A stretch of 64,000 nucleotides of DNA from positions 23,115 through 87,114 of the forward strand of contig JACAFF010000002.1 in the NCBI GenBank assembly GCA_013388455.1, in the 5' to 3' direction. Below are positions 54,361 through 63,572 of the stretch, in pieces (the stretch's first letter is position 1; every line of letters starts with the position of its first letter). The position numbers were made by a program, and so were the translations under genes. The notes under the pieces are model-generated. The model was not told the origin of the DNA, ran no database searches, and was given only the letters and a program-made list of their open reading frames with translations. The stretch is from Nitrospirota bacterium (lineage in GTDB: Bacteria; Nitrospirota; Thermodesulfovibrionia; Thermodesulfovibrionales; SM23-35).

Positions 54361-55726
54361 GGAAATCCTCCGGTAATTTTGCATTAATAACTGAATAAAG
54401 CTGAACTGGCTCTGAAATTCCTTTAACCTGAACAGGACTCAGCTTTATGACCTCCACATAGTCTTTAACAGCTTCATATGTCTTTTCACTGATATGAAGT
54501 TGTCCTTTTTCTGTAGACGACTCTATCCTCTGAGCAATATTCACACCCGAACCTATAACTGTGTATTCAAGCCTTTCAGGTGAACCTACATTCCCTGCGA
54601 CAGCCTCGTCTGTATTGATTCCTATCCCAATATTAACCTGCTGTTCACCCTTTTTGAGTCTTTCTTTATTCATCTCTGCCATTTTCTTCTGCATCTCAAG
54701 GCCTGTCAAGATAGCCCGCAATTCATGGTATTTCTGGTCAAGGGGTGCATTATATGTAACCATAATCGCATCCCCTATAAATTTATTCAATACACCGCCA
54801 TACTGGAATACCACATCTATCATCATACTGAAATATTGATTTAGGATTTCAATTACTTTTTCAGGAGGCATGGTTTCAGCCAATGGGGTAAAACCTCTGA
54901 TATCTGCAAAAAGCACTGTAACAATCCTCTTTTCCCCTTTGAGCTTAAGATAATCCTTCTCTTTGAGTATCTTATCTGCAACCTGTTTAGAGACATATTT
55001 TGAAAAAGTGTCCTTGATAAATTCCCGCTCATTAAGTCCATCGACCATTTTATTGAATGCTCTCCCCATAGAGCCTACTTCATCCGATGTGTTTATATTC
55101 ACCTTATGAGTTAGGTCACCAGCTTCAACATGGCTCATGGCATCGGCTATTTTACTCAGTGGCTTTGTTATTCTATTTGATATAAAAAAAGCCCCAATAA
55201 TGCCCAACAAAATAAAGCCCAACCCAATACCAGCCCACGTAACAAGAGAGAGAAAAACCTTTTTCTTGAGAGCCGATAGACTGAATATTATTTTTATATT
55301 CCCCCTAAGTCCCTCATCGCTTTCTATATTTACAGAAACAGATTTAAATTTCTTATGTTTTAAATCCTTATCCCTTAATCTCGAAAGTGCGGTGATCTTA
55401 TCGCCACTGAATTCAATCCATTTAGTGTTAAGGTCTCCTGCTATAATATTCCCCTTACTCCCTGAAATAACTATGCATGCAATCCTTTCATCCAATGACA
55501 TCATAACATCTATAAACCTTTCAAGTTCTGGCCGTTCTATCCTTTCCGAATGTTCAATATCGCTAACCCATTTTAATGCTACTACTTTTGCCATCATTTT
55601 CGCATATGATGACATCTCTGCATATGAATTCTGGATTTCTTTTCTTGCACTATGTATGGTTATGGCAGAGATAAGTATAATCTGAATCAATACAACAAAA
55701 ATAGCTATCTTGTGTTTTAATTTCAA
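54347..55726 (-). CDS. membrane-bound class III adenylate/guanylate cyclase with periplasmic sensor region and HAMP
   Basis: 459 aa. Two TM segments, a HAMP domain (ITKPLSKIADAMSHVEAGDL) and a cyclase core VTVLFADIRGFT...KFIGDAIMV...GIGINTDEAVAGNVG. Confidence 0.8.
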   Translation of the reverse strand: MKLKHKIAIFVVLIQIILISAITIHSARKEIQNSYAEMSSYAKMMAKVVALKWVSDIEHSERIERPELERFIDVMMSLDERIACIVISGSKGNIIAGDLNTKWIEFSGDKITALSRLRDKDLKHKKFKSVSVNIESDEGLRGNIKIIFSLSALKKKVFLSLVTWAGIGLGFILLGIIGAFFISNRITKPLSKIADAMSHVEAGDLTHKVNINTSDEVGSMGRAFNKMVDGLNEREFIKDTFSKYVSKQVADKILKEKDYLKLKGEKRIVTVLFADIRGFTPLAETMPPEKVIEILNQYFSMMIDVVFQYGGVLNKFIGDAIMVTYNAPLDQKYHELRAILTGLEMQKKMAEMNKERLKKGEQQVNIGIGINTDEAVAGNVGSPERLEYTVIGSGVNIAQRIESSTEKGQLHISEKTYEAVKDYVEVIKLSPVQVKGISEPVQLYSVINAKLPEDFHENY

Positions 55727-55860
55727 GTCTTTTAGTTTCCCTCTTCCTTTATGAGCATTATAATGTCAACTTATAAAATCTTCAATATTTATCCTAATTT
55801 ATCCTATATCATTCAATTTTCAAAACCTCAGAGTTTCTGCTGTGGGGTTGCCGTATACTT

Positions 55861-55896
55861 CCCACCTCCCTTTAGGGGAGGGTAAGGGTGGGGGAG
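55861..55896. repeat. G/C-rich hairpin repeat (family 2)
   Basis: cccacctccctttaggggagggtaagggtgggggag, between the cyclase and MMPL genes. Confidence 0.55.
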
Positions 55897-55920
55897 ATTA
55901 AGCCGAAAAATGCGATTAAG

Positions 55921-58260
55921 TTAAGGACGAATCTTACTTGATTTATACAGCGGTAAGAATAGAAAAACAAGTATGAGGTTTAGAGCCGTCCCTATCGAAA
56001 CAGCGAATCCGATATCAGAAAGTCCTCTATAGGATGAGAAATAAAGACTCCCGAAACCGCAGATAGTAGTGAGTGCAGAAATGATAATGGCAGTGCCTGT
56101 TTGTGAAATAATCTTCTGAATATCGTTTTCTTTTTTCATATGATGAACAAAGTGTATGGCATAATCGGTTCCTATTCCGAAGAGCATCACTGCTGTTAGT
56201 GCACTCATGATGTGGATATGACGTCCTGTCGCTGTGAGAATAGCTAATGTAAAAATTATCCCGATAAGAATCGGTAATTGAATCAATATTGTAATCTTTA
56301 TACTTCTGAAACTTACAAGAAGTATGATGTTCACAAGTAAAAATCCGATAAGGGTAATTTTTAATGCATCTGTTTTTAAAAGATCAGATAGTTCTTTTTT
56401 AATAGATTCTTTGTCTATGACGGTTACTCCTGAGATATCAGGAATATCTGTAGCATTTTTATTATGAATAATGACCAGGTAATGAAATCTATTGCCATCC
56501 TTCCATAAAAATCTGTTCTTAAAAAATTCATTATACATTATATCTTCATATGTAATCGGAGTATTTACTGACAATATCTCATTTAAAGTATCTGAATATT
56601 GCATGATGAACTTATTTGAAAATCCAACCTGCTCAGCCTTCATGGCGAAATTTTTAATAACTTGATCTTTATTGATATTCCTGAGGAGGTTGATAATCAT
56701 TAACTGTTTTTCAAGAGGTGGGACAAAAGTTGTTTGAGATATAACATCCCTTATATTAGAGGCATAAAGTTGTTTTTCAATTGTATCCGCCTTTATTATT
56801 GCGTCATCAGGATTATCTCCATCGCCCATTAAAAATACCTTTTTATCATCCTTGATGATTTCACCAAGAACTGTTCGTGCAGGATTTTTTTCAGAACCAA
56901 TCTCCCTTAAATCAATATCAAATTTTATATCTTTGGTTATCCAGAGTGAGAAAGCTATCAAAATAAAAAAAAGTATCGGTAAAACCCTTTTAACATTATT
57001 ATTTAACAATATTCTACCGAAAGAAGAAAAATGGTAAGGCAACGTCACATTTGTTTTTAATCTGATTAAACCTGCAACTACTCCAAAGAGGATCAATGCA
57101 CAGATGATTATACCTGAAGACGTGAGGATGCCGAGTTCCTGAATTCCTTTAAATCCGGATAATGCCATTGGAAAGAACGTTGCCCATGTAGTAAGCGCTC
57201 CTGTCCATATGCCGGTTGAAGTTTGCTCTATAGATTTCTCGATGTTTTTTTGATAAAGATGCTTTATATATAGGATAATGGATAGATCGACTCCAAGACC
57301 GATGAGCATGCCTCCGAATCCAACAGAGGCCTCTGTCAGATTGCCCATTAATAAGCTGATTAATCCGAGTGTGAAAATAACAGATATGGCAACAGGTAAA
57401 AATGCATAGAACATTATTCTCAAATCTCTCCTGAAAAAGATAAACATAACAATGCTGACAAGCACGAGGGAGATTATAATATTTCTCTGCATCTCGCTTT
57501 TCATCTGAGTTGCTTCATAATATGTTATAGCGTGGCTGCCTGTTATCATGTAACTTATATCTTCTTTCTCGTCAAGGTTCTTTTTAAGAACAGCTTCTAT
57601 ACCGGTTATAAGATTATGATCAAAGGACAGATCTCTCGGTTCTCCGTTTGCTGTTGCTATAATGACCAGGGCATTCTTTTCTTTTAAAAGATAAAATCCA
57701 GTGTTTGTGTCAAAGAGACTTTCTGTTTCAGGAAAAGGCCTGATAAAATCACTAAGCCCAAGGGGGTCAATTCTTCCTATCTCCCCACCTCCGGGCATCA
57801 TCATCCTGAGTTTCGTTCTTCTTATAGCTTCCTCAATACCAGATGGCGATATCCGATAAAAGAAATCATCGATAAATTCATCAGATAAATATAGAGGGAG
57901 CCTTTTCTTGAGAAGTGTGATGTAATAATTTTTTAACTCATCCGTTAGCCGATATTTAACATCTGTAATCTCTTTAAGCTCTTTTAGTTCTTTGCTTATC
58001 TTTTCTGCTTTCTCTAATATTATTGGCATGTGACCTCTGAGAATTATGTAACAATTCTTCTCACCACCGAGATGATTCAATGCTTCAAGATAAGCGTGTG
58101 TCTTGACAGCCTCTTTGGGGATATACTGAAGAAAATTCTGCCCGAAACCTGTTTGATAAATAATGTAAATTGAAAAAACTGACAAAAGAAGGATAATCGA
58201 AAGGACGATGAGCGGTCTTTTTTTAAAAAATCTTATAAGAAAGAGAGAAAATTTAAGCAT
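55921..58260 (-). CDS. MMPL/RND-superfamily lipid exporter
   Basis: 779 aa. Two 6-TM bundles separated by large soluble loops, with duplicated sterol-sensing-like TM blocks (GLGVDLSIILY and GIGTDYAIHFV). Confidence 0.7.
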   Translation of the reverse strand: MLKFSLFLIRFFKKRPLIVLSIILLLSVFSIYIIYQTGFGQNFLQYIPKEAVKTHAYLEALNHLGGEKNCYIILRGHMPIILEKAEKISKELKELKEITDVKYRLTDELKNYYITLLKKRLPLYLSDEFIDDFFYRISPSGIEEAIRRTKLRMMMPGGGEIGRIDPLGLSDFIRPFPETESLFDTNTGFYLLKEKNALVIIATANGEPRDLSFDHNLITGIEAVLKKNLDEKEDISYMITGSHAITYYEATQMKSEMQRNIIISLVLVSIVMFIFFRRDLRIMFYAFLPVAISVIFTLGLISLLMGNLTEASVGFGGMLIGLGVDLSIILYIKHLYQKNIEKSIEQTSTGIWTGALTTWATFFPMALSGFKGIQELGILTSSGIIICALILFGVVAGLIRLKTNVTLPYHFSSFGRILLNNNVKRVLPILFFILIAFSLWITKDIKFDIDLREIGSEKNPARTVLGEIIKDDKKVFLMGDGDNPDDAIIKADTIEKQLYASNIRDVISQTTFVPPLEKQLMIINLLRNINKDQVIKNFAMKAEQVGFSNKFIMQYSDTLNEILSVNTPITYEDIMYNEFFKNRFLWKDGNRFHYLVIIHNKNATDIPDISGVTVIDKESIKKELSDLLKTDALKITLIGFLLVNIILLVSFRSIKITILIQLPILIGIIFTLAILTATGRHIHIMSALTAVMLFGIGTDYAIHFVHHMKKENDIQKIISQTGTAIIISALTTICGFGSLYFSSYRGLSDIGFAVSIGTALNLILVFLFLPLYKSSKIRP

Positions 58261-58639
58261 TGATGCTCAATAAAATATATCCATTTAAAACCCTTTTATT
58301 TTCAACTGTCGCAGATACGGAAAAATCTAATATATTACCGAATCTTTTATTAAGGGTGCTTTCAAGGATTAAAACATCTCCACAAATTACTACACTATGA
58401 AAAGCAAACTCTTTAATTCCAACAAGCATACCCTGTCCTTCTATTCCTGAAGCAACGCCGCTTAGCTGTGCAAGTGCCTCTATCAAAAGAACTTGTGGAA
58501 AAATTAAGCCTTTTGAAAATAATTCCAGCGTAATTTTTTTTATACCAGTTGCCTTACCATTTTCAACCGAGATTATATCATCCAGCATCAAGAAAGGATA
58601 TCTGTGAGGAAGGATTTTTATCGGGTTCAAAGTATTCAC
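58253..58639 (-). CDS. FabA/FabZ-like hot-dog protein lacking the canonical catalytic His
   Basis: 128 aa. ILPHRYPFLMLDDI and LLIEALAQ blocks as in FabZ, but the GHFP histidine motif is replaced by SKGLIFP. Confidence 0.6.
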   Translation of the reverse strand: MNTLNPIKILPHRYPFLMLDDIISVENGKATGIKKITLELFSKGLIFPQVLLIEALAQLSGVASGIEGQGMLVGIKEFAFHSVVICGDVLILESTLNKRFGNILDFSVSATVENKRVLNGYILLSINA

Positions 58640-58648
58640 ATTACAATA

Positions 58649-58909
58649 TCAAGTTTTTTGTTTCATGATATAATCTGCTAAGGCATTCACTGATCTGAAT
58701 GCCTCTTTACCAACATCTTCATCAGGAATTCTTATGCCATAATTTTTTTCAAGAGCAACTACAAGCTCAAGTGCATCAATGGAGTCAAGCCCAAGACCTT
58801 CCCCGAAGAGTGGACCGTCATCCTCTATTTCATCAGGATTGATATCTTCTAATTTCAATCTTTTAATAATTAATTTTTTTAATTCTATCAAAAGTTCATT
58901 CTTATTCAC
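58649..58909 (-). CDS. acyl carrier protein (cluster-dedicated)
   Basis: 86 aa. Phosphopantetheine attachment motif GLGLDSIDALELV. Confidence 0.85.
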   Translation of the reverse strand: MNKNELLIELKKLIIKRLKLEDINPDEIEDDGPLFGEGLGLDSIDALELVVALEKNYGIRIPDEDVGKEAFRSVNALADYIMKQKT

Positions 58910-59655
58910 TATGTCAAGCCTCCATCAATAGAAATATATGTTCCTGTAATATAACCTGCTTTTTCAGATACAAGATAACTTACTGCTTGAGCGATCTCTT
59001 CAGGGGTGCCAAAACGTCTCAGTGGTATCATGTTAAGTAAATCATCTCTGACTTTCGCGTCCAGATTTTTTGTTAGATCTGTTTCGATCACGCCGGGACT
59101 TATAGCATTAACGGTGATGCCAAGACGTGCTACCTCTCTTGCAAGAGAACGGGTAAAGCTGAGAATTCCTCCTTTTGACGCAGAGTAATTCGTCTGGCCT
59201 TTTCTTCCCAAAAGAGCGCTTGGAGAAATAATATTGACTATCCTTCCCCAGTGTCCTGCTATCATTGGTCTCAGTGCAGCTTTACAACAGTTATAAACTC
59301 CTGTAAGGTTTATATCGATTACCTTCTTCCAGTCATCATCTTTCATGGAAAATAGAAGGCTATCCCTTGTTATCCCTGCATTGTTTATAAGTATGTCCAG
59401 TTTACCTGTCTTATTAATAATACTATCAATCATCTCCTGAACTTCTTCGTAATTAGAAACATCCGCCCTGAATGCAAGGGCAAAACCATTTATTTTTTCA
59501 ATCTCTTTTCTTGTCTGCTCTGCTGTTTCAGCATCGGAAATATAATTAACTATAACCTTTGCTCCATAGTCTGCAAGAGACAGTGCTATGGCTTTCCCGA
59601 TGCCCTTTGTCCCCCCTGTGATAAGGGCAACTTTACCGTCTTGTTTATATACCAA
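58909..59655 (-). CDS. fabG: 3-oxoacyl-ACP reductase (SDR)
   Basis: 248 aa. TGGTKGIGKAIA, NNAGI and catalytic S...YSASK. Confidence 0.85.
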   Translation of the reverse strand: MVYKQDGKVALITGGTKGIGKAIALSLADYGAKVIVNYISDAETAEQTRKEIEKINGFALAFRADVSNYEEVQEMIDSIINKTGKLDILINNAGITRDSLLFSMKDDDWKKVIDINLTGVYNCCKAALRPMIAGHWGRIVNIISPSALLGRKGQTNYSASKGGILSFTRSLAREVARLGITVNAISPGVIETDLTKNLDAKVRDDLLNMIPLRRFGTPEEIAQAVSYLVSEKAGYITGTYISIDGGLT

Positions 59656-60478
59656 GGGATTTCACCTCTGCATCACGTTCAATCCATTTTGTTATCTTTG
59701 ATAGTATATCACCTGGGCCTACCTCAATAAATTTTCTGATTCCTTTTTGCCACATCTTCTTGATTACATCAAGCCATACAACCTTCCTTGCAAGTTGACA
59801 TGACAGGGTCTCTTTTATTTGTTCTGGCGAGATCAGTATTTCTGATGTTGTATGGTCAACAATTGGTATCTCAGGCGCTTTTATCTCAATTTTTTCTACT
59901 GCCTTATTCATAATTTCTTCAATGCCTTTTAAAAAAGGAGTATGGACAGGATATTTAATCGAAAGTCTCTGCACTTTTAAAGCACCCTCTTTGATGACTT
60001 TTTTTTCAATTTTGTCAATTGAATCTGCCGGACCTGAAATTACCACCTGTGTTGCAGAATTTATGTTAGCAATATAAACATTATTAAATTTTCTGCACAG
60101 ATTTTCTATTATATCCCATTTGATTCCTATAATTGCAGTTATGCCGAAGGTTTTTGATCCTGTCATTTTTAATATCGCATCATGAGCAGCATTTATTAAA
60201 TAAAGACCTGTTCTAAAATCTATACTGTTAGATGCATAGAGTGAAGAGTAAAATCCAAGGCTATGTCCTGCTACAAGGGATATTGGATAGACAAGCTTTG
60301 AACTATCCCACAAAGAGGCGCTTACAGCATAAATATTCTGCTGAAGTAATATATCTTCTCCACATGAAATATCTATTTGCTTGAGAAGATCTTCTTTTAT
60401 CAGTGCCTTCATACCATCTCTCTCTGAACCAATTCCTGGGAATATCGCTCCTGTCATCTCTTTGAAAGTTCCTCCCAT
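59645..60478 (-). CDS. FabD-like acyltransferase (malonyl-CoA:ACP transacylase family, short form)
   Basis: 277 aa. FPGIGSE and nucleophile elbow GHSLG. Shorter than canonical FabD. Confidence 0.65.
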   Translation of the reverse strand: MGGTFKEMTGAIFPGIGSERDGMKALIKEDLLKQIDISCGEDILLQQNIYAVSASLWDSSKLVYPISLVAGHSLGFYSSLYASNSIDFRTGLYLINAAHDAILKMTGSKTFGITAIIGIKWDIIENLCRKFNNVYIANINSATQVVISGPADSIDKIEKKVIKEGALKVQRLSIKYPVHTPFLKGIEEIMNKAVEKIEIKAPEIPIVDHTTSEILISPEQIKETLSCQLARKVVWLDVIKKMWQKGIRKFIEVGPGDILSKITKWIERDAEVKSLGI

Positions 60479-61806
60479 AAACTCCCTTTAATACCTGATT
60501 TCCTGAGAAGTCTCTGGAGTCTTTCATGATAATTAATCTCAAAGCCAGGGAAGATCCAGTCCTTATGTTCTTCTGATATTTCATGAACAATATTTTCTAT
60601 ATTTTCTTCAATATACGGTGAAATGTAATAAACAGGTTCAAGCCCGATCTTATGTATTCCAAGCTCATTTTTTGCACGTAAGAACAATTCAGTATTCGGG
60701 AATATTCTGATGCCAACCATGAGCATAGTTGAGTCAGCATTCAATGAAGACAACCTGTCTATATTTAACTTAATATCATCTGTTGTTTCACCAGGAGCAC
60801 CTATGAAACAGAAATGGCAGAACTTGAGACCGGCCTGTTTGCAAAGCTGTGATACTTCCTGCACCTGTTTATATCTAAAGCCCTTCTTCAGATTATCAAG
60901 AACACTGTCAATCATTGAGTCTGTCCCGAATTCAACCCCACTACATCCAGCACGGAGCATAGCTCCAATCAATTCTTTATCCATAAGACCTGGATTAGCA
61001 TAACAATTCCAGCTTAATTTCAACCCCCTTTTTATTATTTCATTGCAGAAAGCGAGTGCATATTCTCTTGGATGATTGAAGATGCTGTCAACAATAAAAA
61101 AGTGCCTTACACCTGTCTGTTCAACAATTCCACTTATTTCATCAATGACATGGCTTATCTCTCTGAAACGAATATCTCTACCTTCTATCAATGGATATGA
61201 GCAGTAAATACATCTGAAAGGACAACCACGACGTGTCTGGATATTGAGCATTCCACCTTTCTCATAATAGTCCTTTATGCTGAAAATATTTCTCAGCGGA
61301 ATTATGTTTTTCCATCTAAAATCCGTTTTTGGAATACCATGAGGCTTATGAGTTGTTATCACGGAATCCGGCAAATCTCCTCCGTTTTGCAGATAATCAA
61401 TGAGCTTAAGCAGTTGACTTTCACCCTCTCCGATAATTCCATATTCAATATTCAAAGTCTCCATAAATTCTTGAGGTAGAATGGTAAAGCCGGAACCTCC
61501 TGCAACGATTGGAACATCTGAATATTTTCTACAGATATCTATGGTAATTCTGTAAAGTGGAAGATAAGAAATGCTTCTTGGAAAAGATACATCATCAATA
61601 TTTCTGATTGATATCCCTATTAATTCAGGTTTAAATTTGAAAATACCAGACTGAAGAGTTTTTTCGATATCATCTGTAAAACATAAGTCAACTACGCTTA
61701 TCTCATGTCCAGCTTCTTTTAGTGCAGATGCAATATATGCAAGTCCGATAGGAAAGACAGGGTCGGGTAAGGTCTCTCTGTTTGGAGAGATAAGAAGAAC
61801 CCTCAA
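60454..61806 (-). CDS. B12-binding-domain radical SAM enzyme no.3
   Basis: 450 aa. MRVLLISPN..., ELIGISIRN, IVAGGSG and RRGCPFRCIYC. Confidence 0.8.
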   Translation of the reverse strand: MRVLLISPNRETLPDPVFPIGLAYIASALKEAGHEISVVDLCFTDDIEKTLQSGIFKFKPELIGISIRNIDDVSFPRSISYLPLYRITIDICRKYSDVPIVAGGSGFTILPQEFMETLNIEYGIIGEGESQLLKLIDYLQNGGDLPDSVITTHKPHGIPKTDFRWKNIIPLRNIFSIKDYYEKGGMLNIQTRRGCPFRCIYCSYPLIEGRDIRFREISHVIDEISGIVEQTGVRHFFIVDSIFNHPREYALAFCNEIIKRGLKLSWNCYANPGLMDKELIGAMLRAGCSGVEFGTDSMIDSVLDNLKKGFRYKQVQEVSQLCKQAGLKFCHFCFIGAPGETTDDIKLNIDRLSSLNADSTMLMVGIRIFPNTELFLRAKNELGIHKIGLEPVYYISPYIEENIENIVHEISEEHKDWIFPGFEINYHERLQRLLRKSGIKGSLWEELSKR

Positions 61807-63149
61807 TTGAGCCCTCTCAAGATTCTAAATATTGCTTTAAGCTTGATACCCTTTTTTCTGTATGGGCTGAGGAAACCGTTGATTATCCTCTCAGGACTTA
61901 GATAAAATTTCATATATGCTTTTTTCAATAATCTCCGTGTAGCTTCAGGGGTTAAGTAATCAAGCCTGAAAACAGGATGGAGACAGTCATATAAATTCCA
62001 GTCATATGTAAAAATCCTCTCTTTCACTTCCTGAAAAAGCTGTGTGCCGGGATATGGGGTCAGAATAGAAAACTGAACTGCATCAGGAGATATCTCTTTT
62101 GCATATTTTATGGTCTTATTAATCATGTCTTCTGTTTCATTTATATCACCGATTATGAAGCTTGCATGAGTTGAGATTCCATAAGATTTGAGAAGTCTTA
62201 TTGTTTCATGTGACAGTTCAGGATAAATCCTTTTCCTGTAATGTTCGAGTGTATCCCGTGTAAAAGCCTCAAAACCGATAAAGATATACCTTGCCCCAGC
62301 ATTTGCCATCTCTTTTACCATTTCCTCATTTCTCAGCAAAGTATCTGCTCTCGAGAAACACCACCAGGAAATATCGAGCCTTCTTTGCACTATACCTCTG
62401 CATATCTCTTTAACCCTCTCAGGATTGAGGGTAAAATTATCATCAAGGAAAGCTATACTTTTGAAATCGTAATTTGAAACAATATCGTCAATTTCATTCA
62501 CAACTTTATCGGCACTCAATGCCCTCCATTCTGTTCCGCTAAACTCAGAAGAGGAACAGAATGTGCAACGATATGGACATCCCCTGCTTGTAAGAATACC
62601 TGTTATTTTCTTCGCGCCCATTTCAAGGAACTGATATGATTTTATCCTTAGTTCTTTACGGTCTGGCTGAGGTAAAATTGAAATATCCGGAGCTTTTCTA
62701 TTCTGTGTTCTCACAACAGTTCCCTTTCTCATAAAACTTATACCAGCAACTTCTTCTAAATCTTTTCTGCCTTCTATTGCTTCAAGAAGATCAGCCATCG
62801 TTTCTTCAGCTTCTCCACGAATAATATAGTCTGCGAAACCTTTCTGCAAAGGTTCTTCATCAAGAAAAGTAACATGTGGGCCTCCCATGACAATCTTTGC
62901 ACCCGTCTTCCTGATTTCTTTACAGAGTTGAATAGCAGAGTGATATCTGGGTGTATCAGCAGATATCCCGATTACGTGATAACCGTTTAAATTGGTATCT
63001 TTCTGTGGGATGTTGAAATCAATAATCTTTACCTCGTGCCCTTTCTGTTTCAGGTATGATGAGATGTAGCCAAGGCCAAGGGGTGGCAGGATAAAACCAA
63101 CCTTATAATACATATTGTTCTGAAAAGGATAACAGAGGAGAACCCTCAC
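61803..63149 (-). CDS. B12-binding-domain radical SAM enzyme no.4
   Basis: 448 aa. HVIGISADTPRYHSAIQLCKEIRKTGAKIVMGGPH, SRGCPYRCTFC and HPVFRLDYLTPE tail. Confidence 0.8.
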   Translation of the reverse strand: MRVLLCYPFQNNMYYKVGFILPPLGLGYISSYLKQKGHEVKIIDFNIPQKDTNLNGYHVIGISADTPRYHSAIQLCKEIRKTGAKIVMGGPHVTFLDEEPLQKGFADYIIRGEAEETMADLLEAIEGRKDLEEVAGISFMRKGTVVRTQNRKAPDISILPQPDRKELRIKSYQFLEMGAKKITGILTSRGCPYRCTFCSSSEFSGTEWRALSADKVVNEIDDIVSNYDFKSIAFLDDNFTLNPERVKEICRGIVQRRLDISWWCFSRADTLLRNEEMVKEMANAGARYIFIGFEAFTRDTLEHYRKRIYPELSHETIRLLKSYGISTHASFIIGDINETEDMINKTIKYAKEISPDAVQFSILTPYPGTQLFQEVKERIFTYDWNLYDCLHPVFRLDYLTPEATRRLLKKAYMKFYLSPERIINGFLSPYRKKGIKLKAIFRILRGLN

Positions 63150-63150
63150 A

Positions 63151-63570
63151 TTAAGATTTCCTTCTTTTCAGAAAGCTTTTTAAAGACATATAAGAAAAAA
63201 AAGACACAATGATACCAAGCACAATGCTTCCCACGATTATTGGTAATATGTAATGTTCTAAATAACTTACATCTTTTGAAAACTTGATATCAAGGAGCTT
63301 TCCGTTAAGTAACAGACTTCCTATCTCTGCACTTAGGAATATTTGAAAAGGAAAAGATAGAGGGTTCGATATCTGTGTCCCGAGGAGAACAAGAAAGGTA
63401 TTTAATCTCAGAAAATATGCCAGAGTAAATGCCATTAATGTATGAACACCTATTAAAGGTATAAATCCAATAAAAATCCCTATTGCTACCCCGGCTGCAA
63501 TTTCATCAGGAGTTAATCCCTTTTTAACCAATCTGATTATATATTCTTTTATTTGTGAATAAATCTTCAT
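63151..63570 (-). CDS. DUF2062-family small membrane protein
   Basis: 139 aa, 3-4 TM. GLTPDEIAAGVAIGIFIGFIPLIGVHTLMA resembles DUF2062. Confidence 0.55.
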   Translation of the reverse strand: MKIYSQIKEYIIRLVKKGLTPDEIAAGVAIGIFIGFIPLIGVHTLMAFTLAYFLRLNTFLVLLGTQISNPLSFPFQIFLSAEIGSLLLNGKLLDIKFSKDVSYLEHYILPIIVGSIVLGIIVSFFSYMSLKSFLKRRKS

Positions 63571-63572
63571 TT

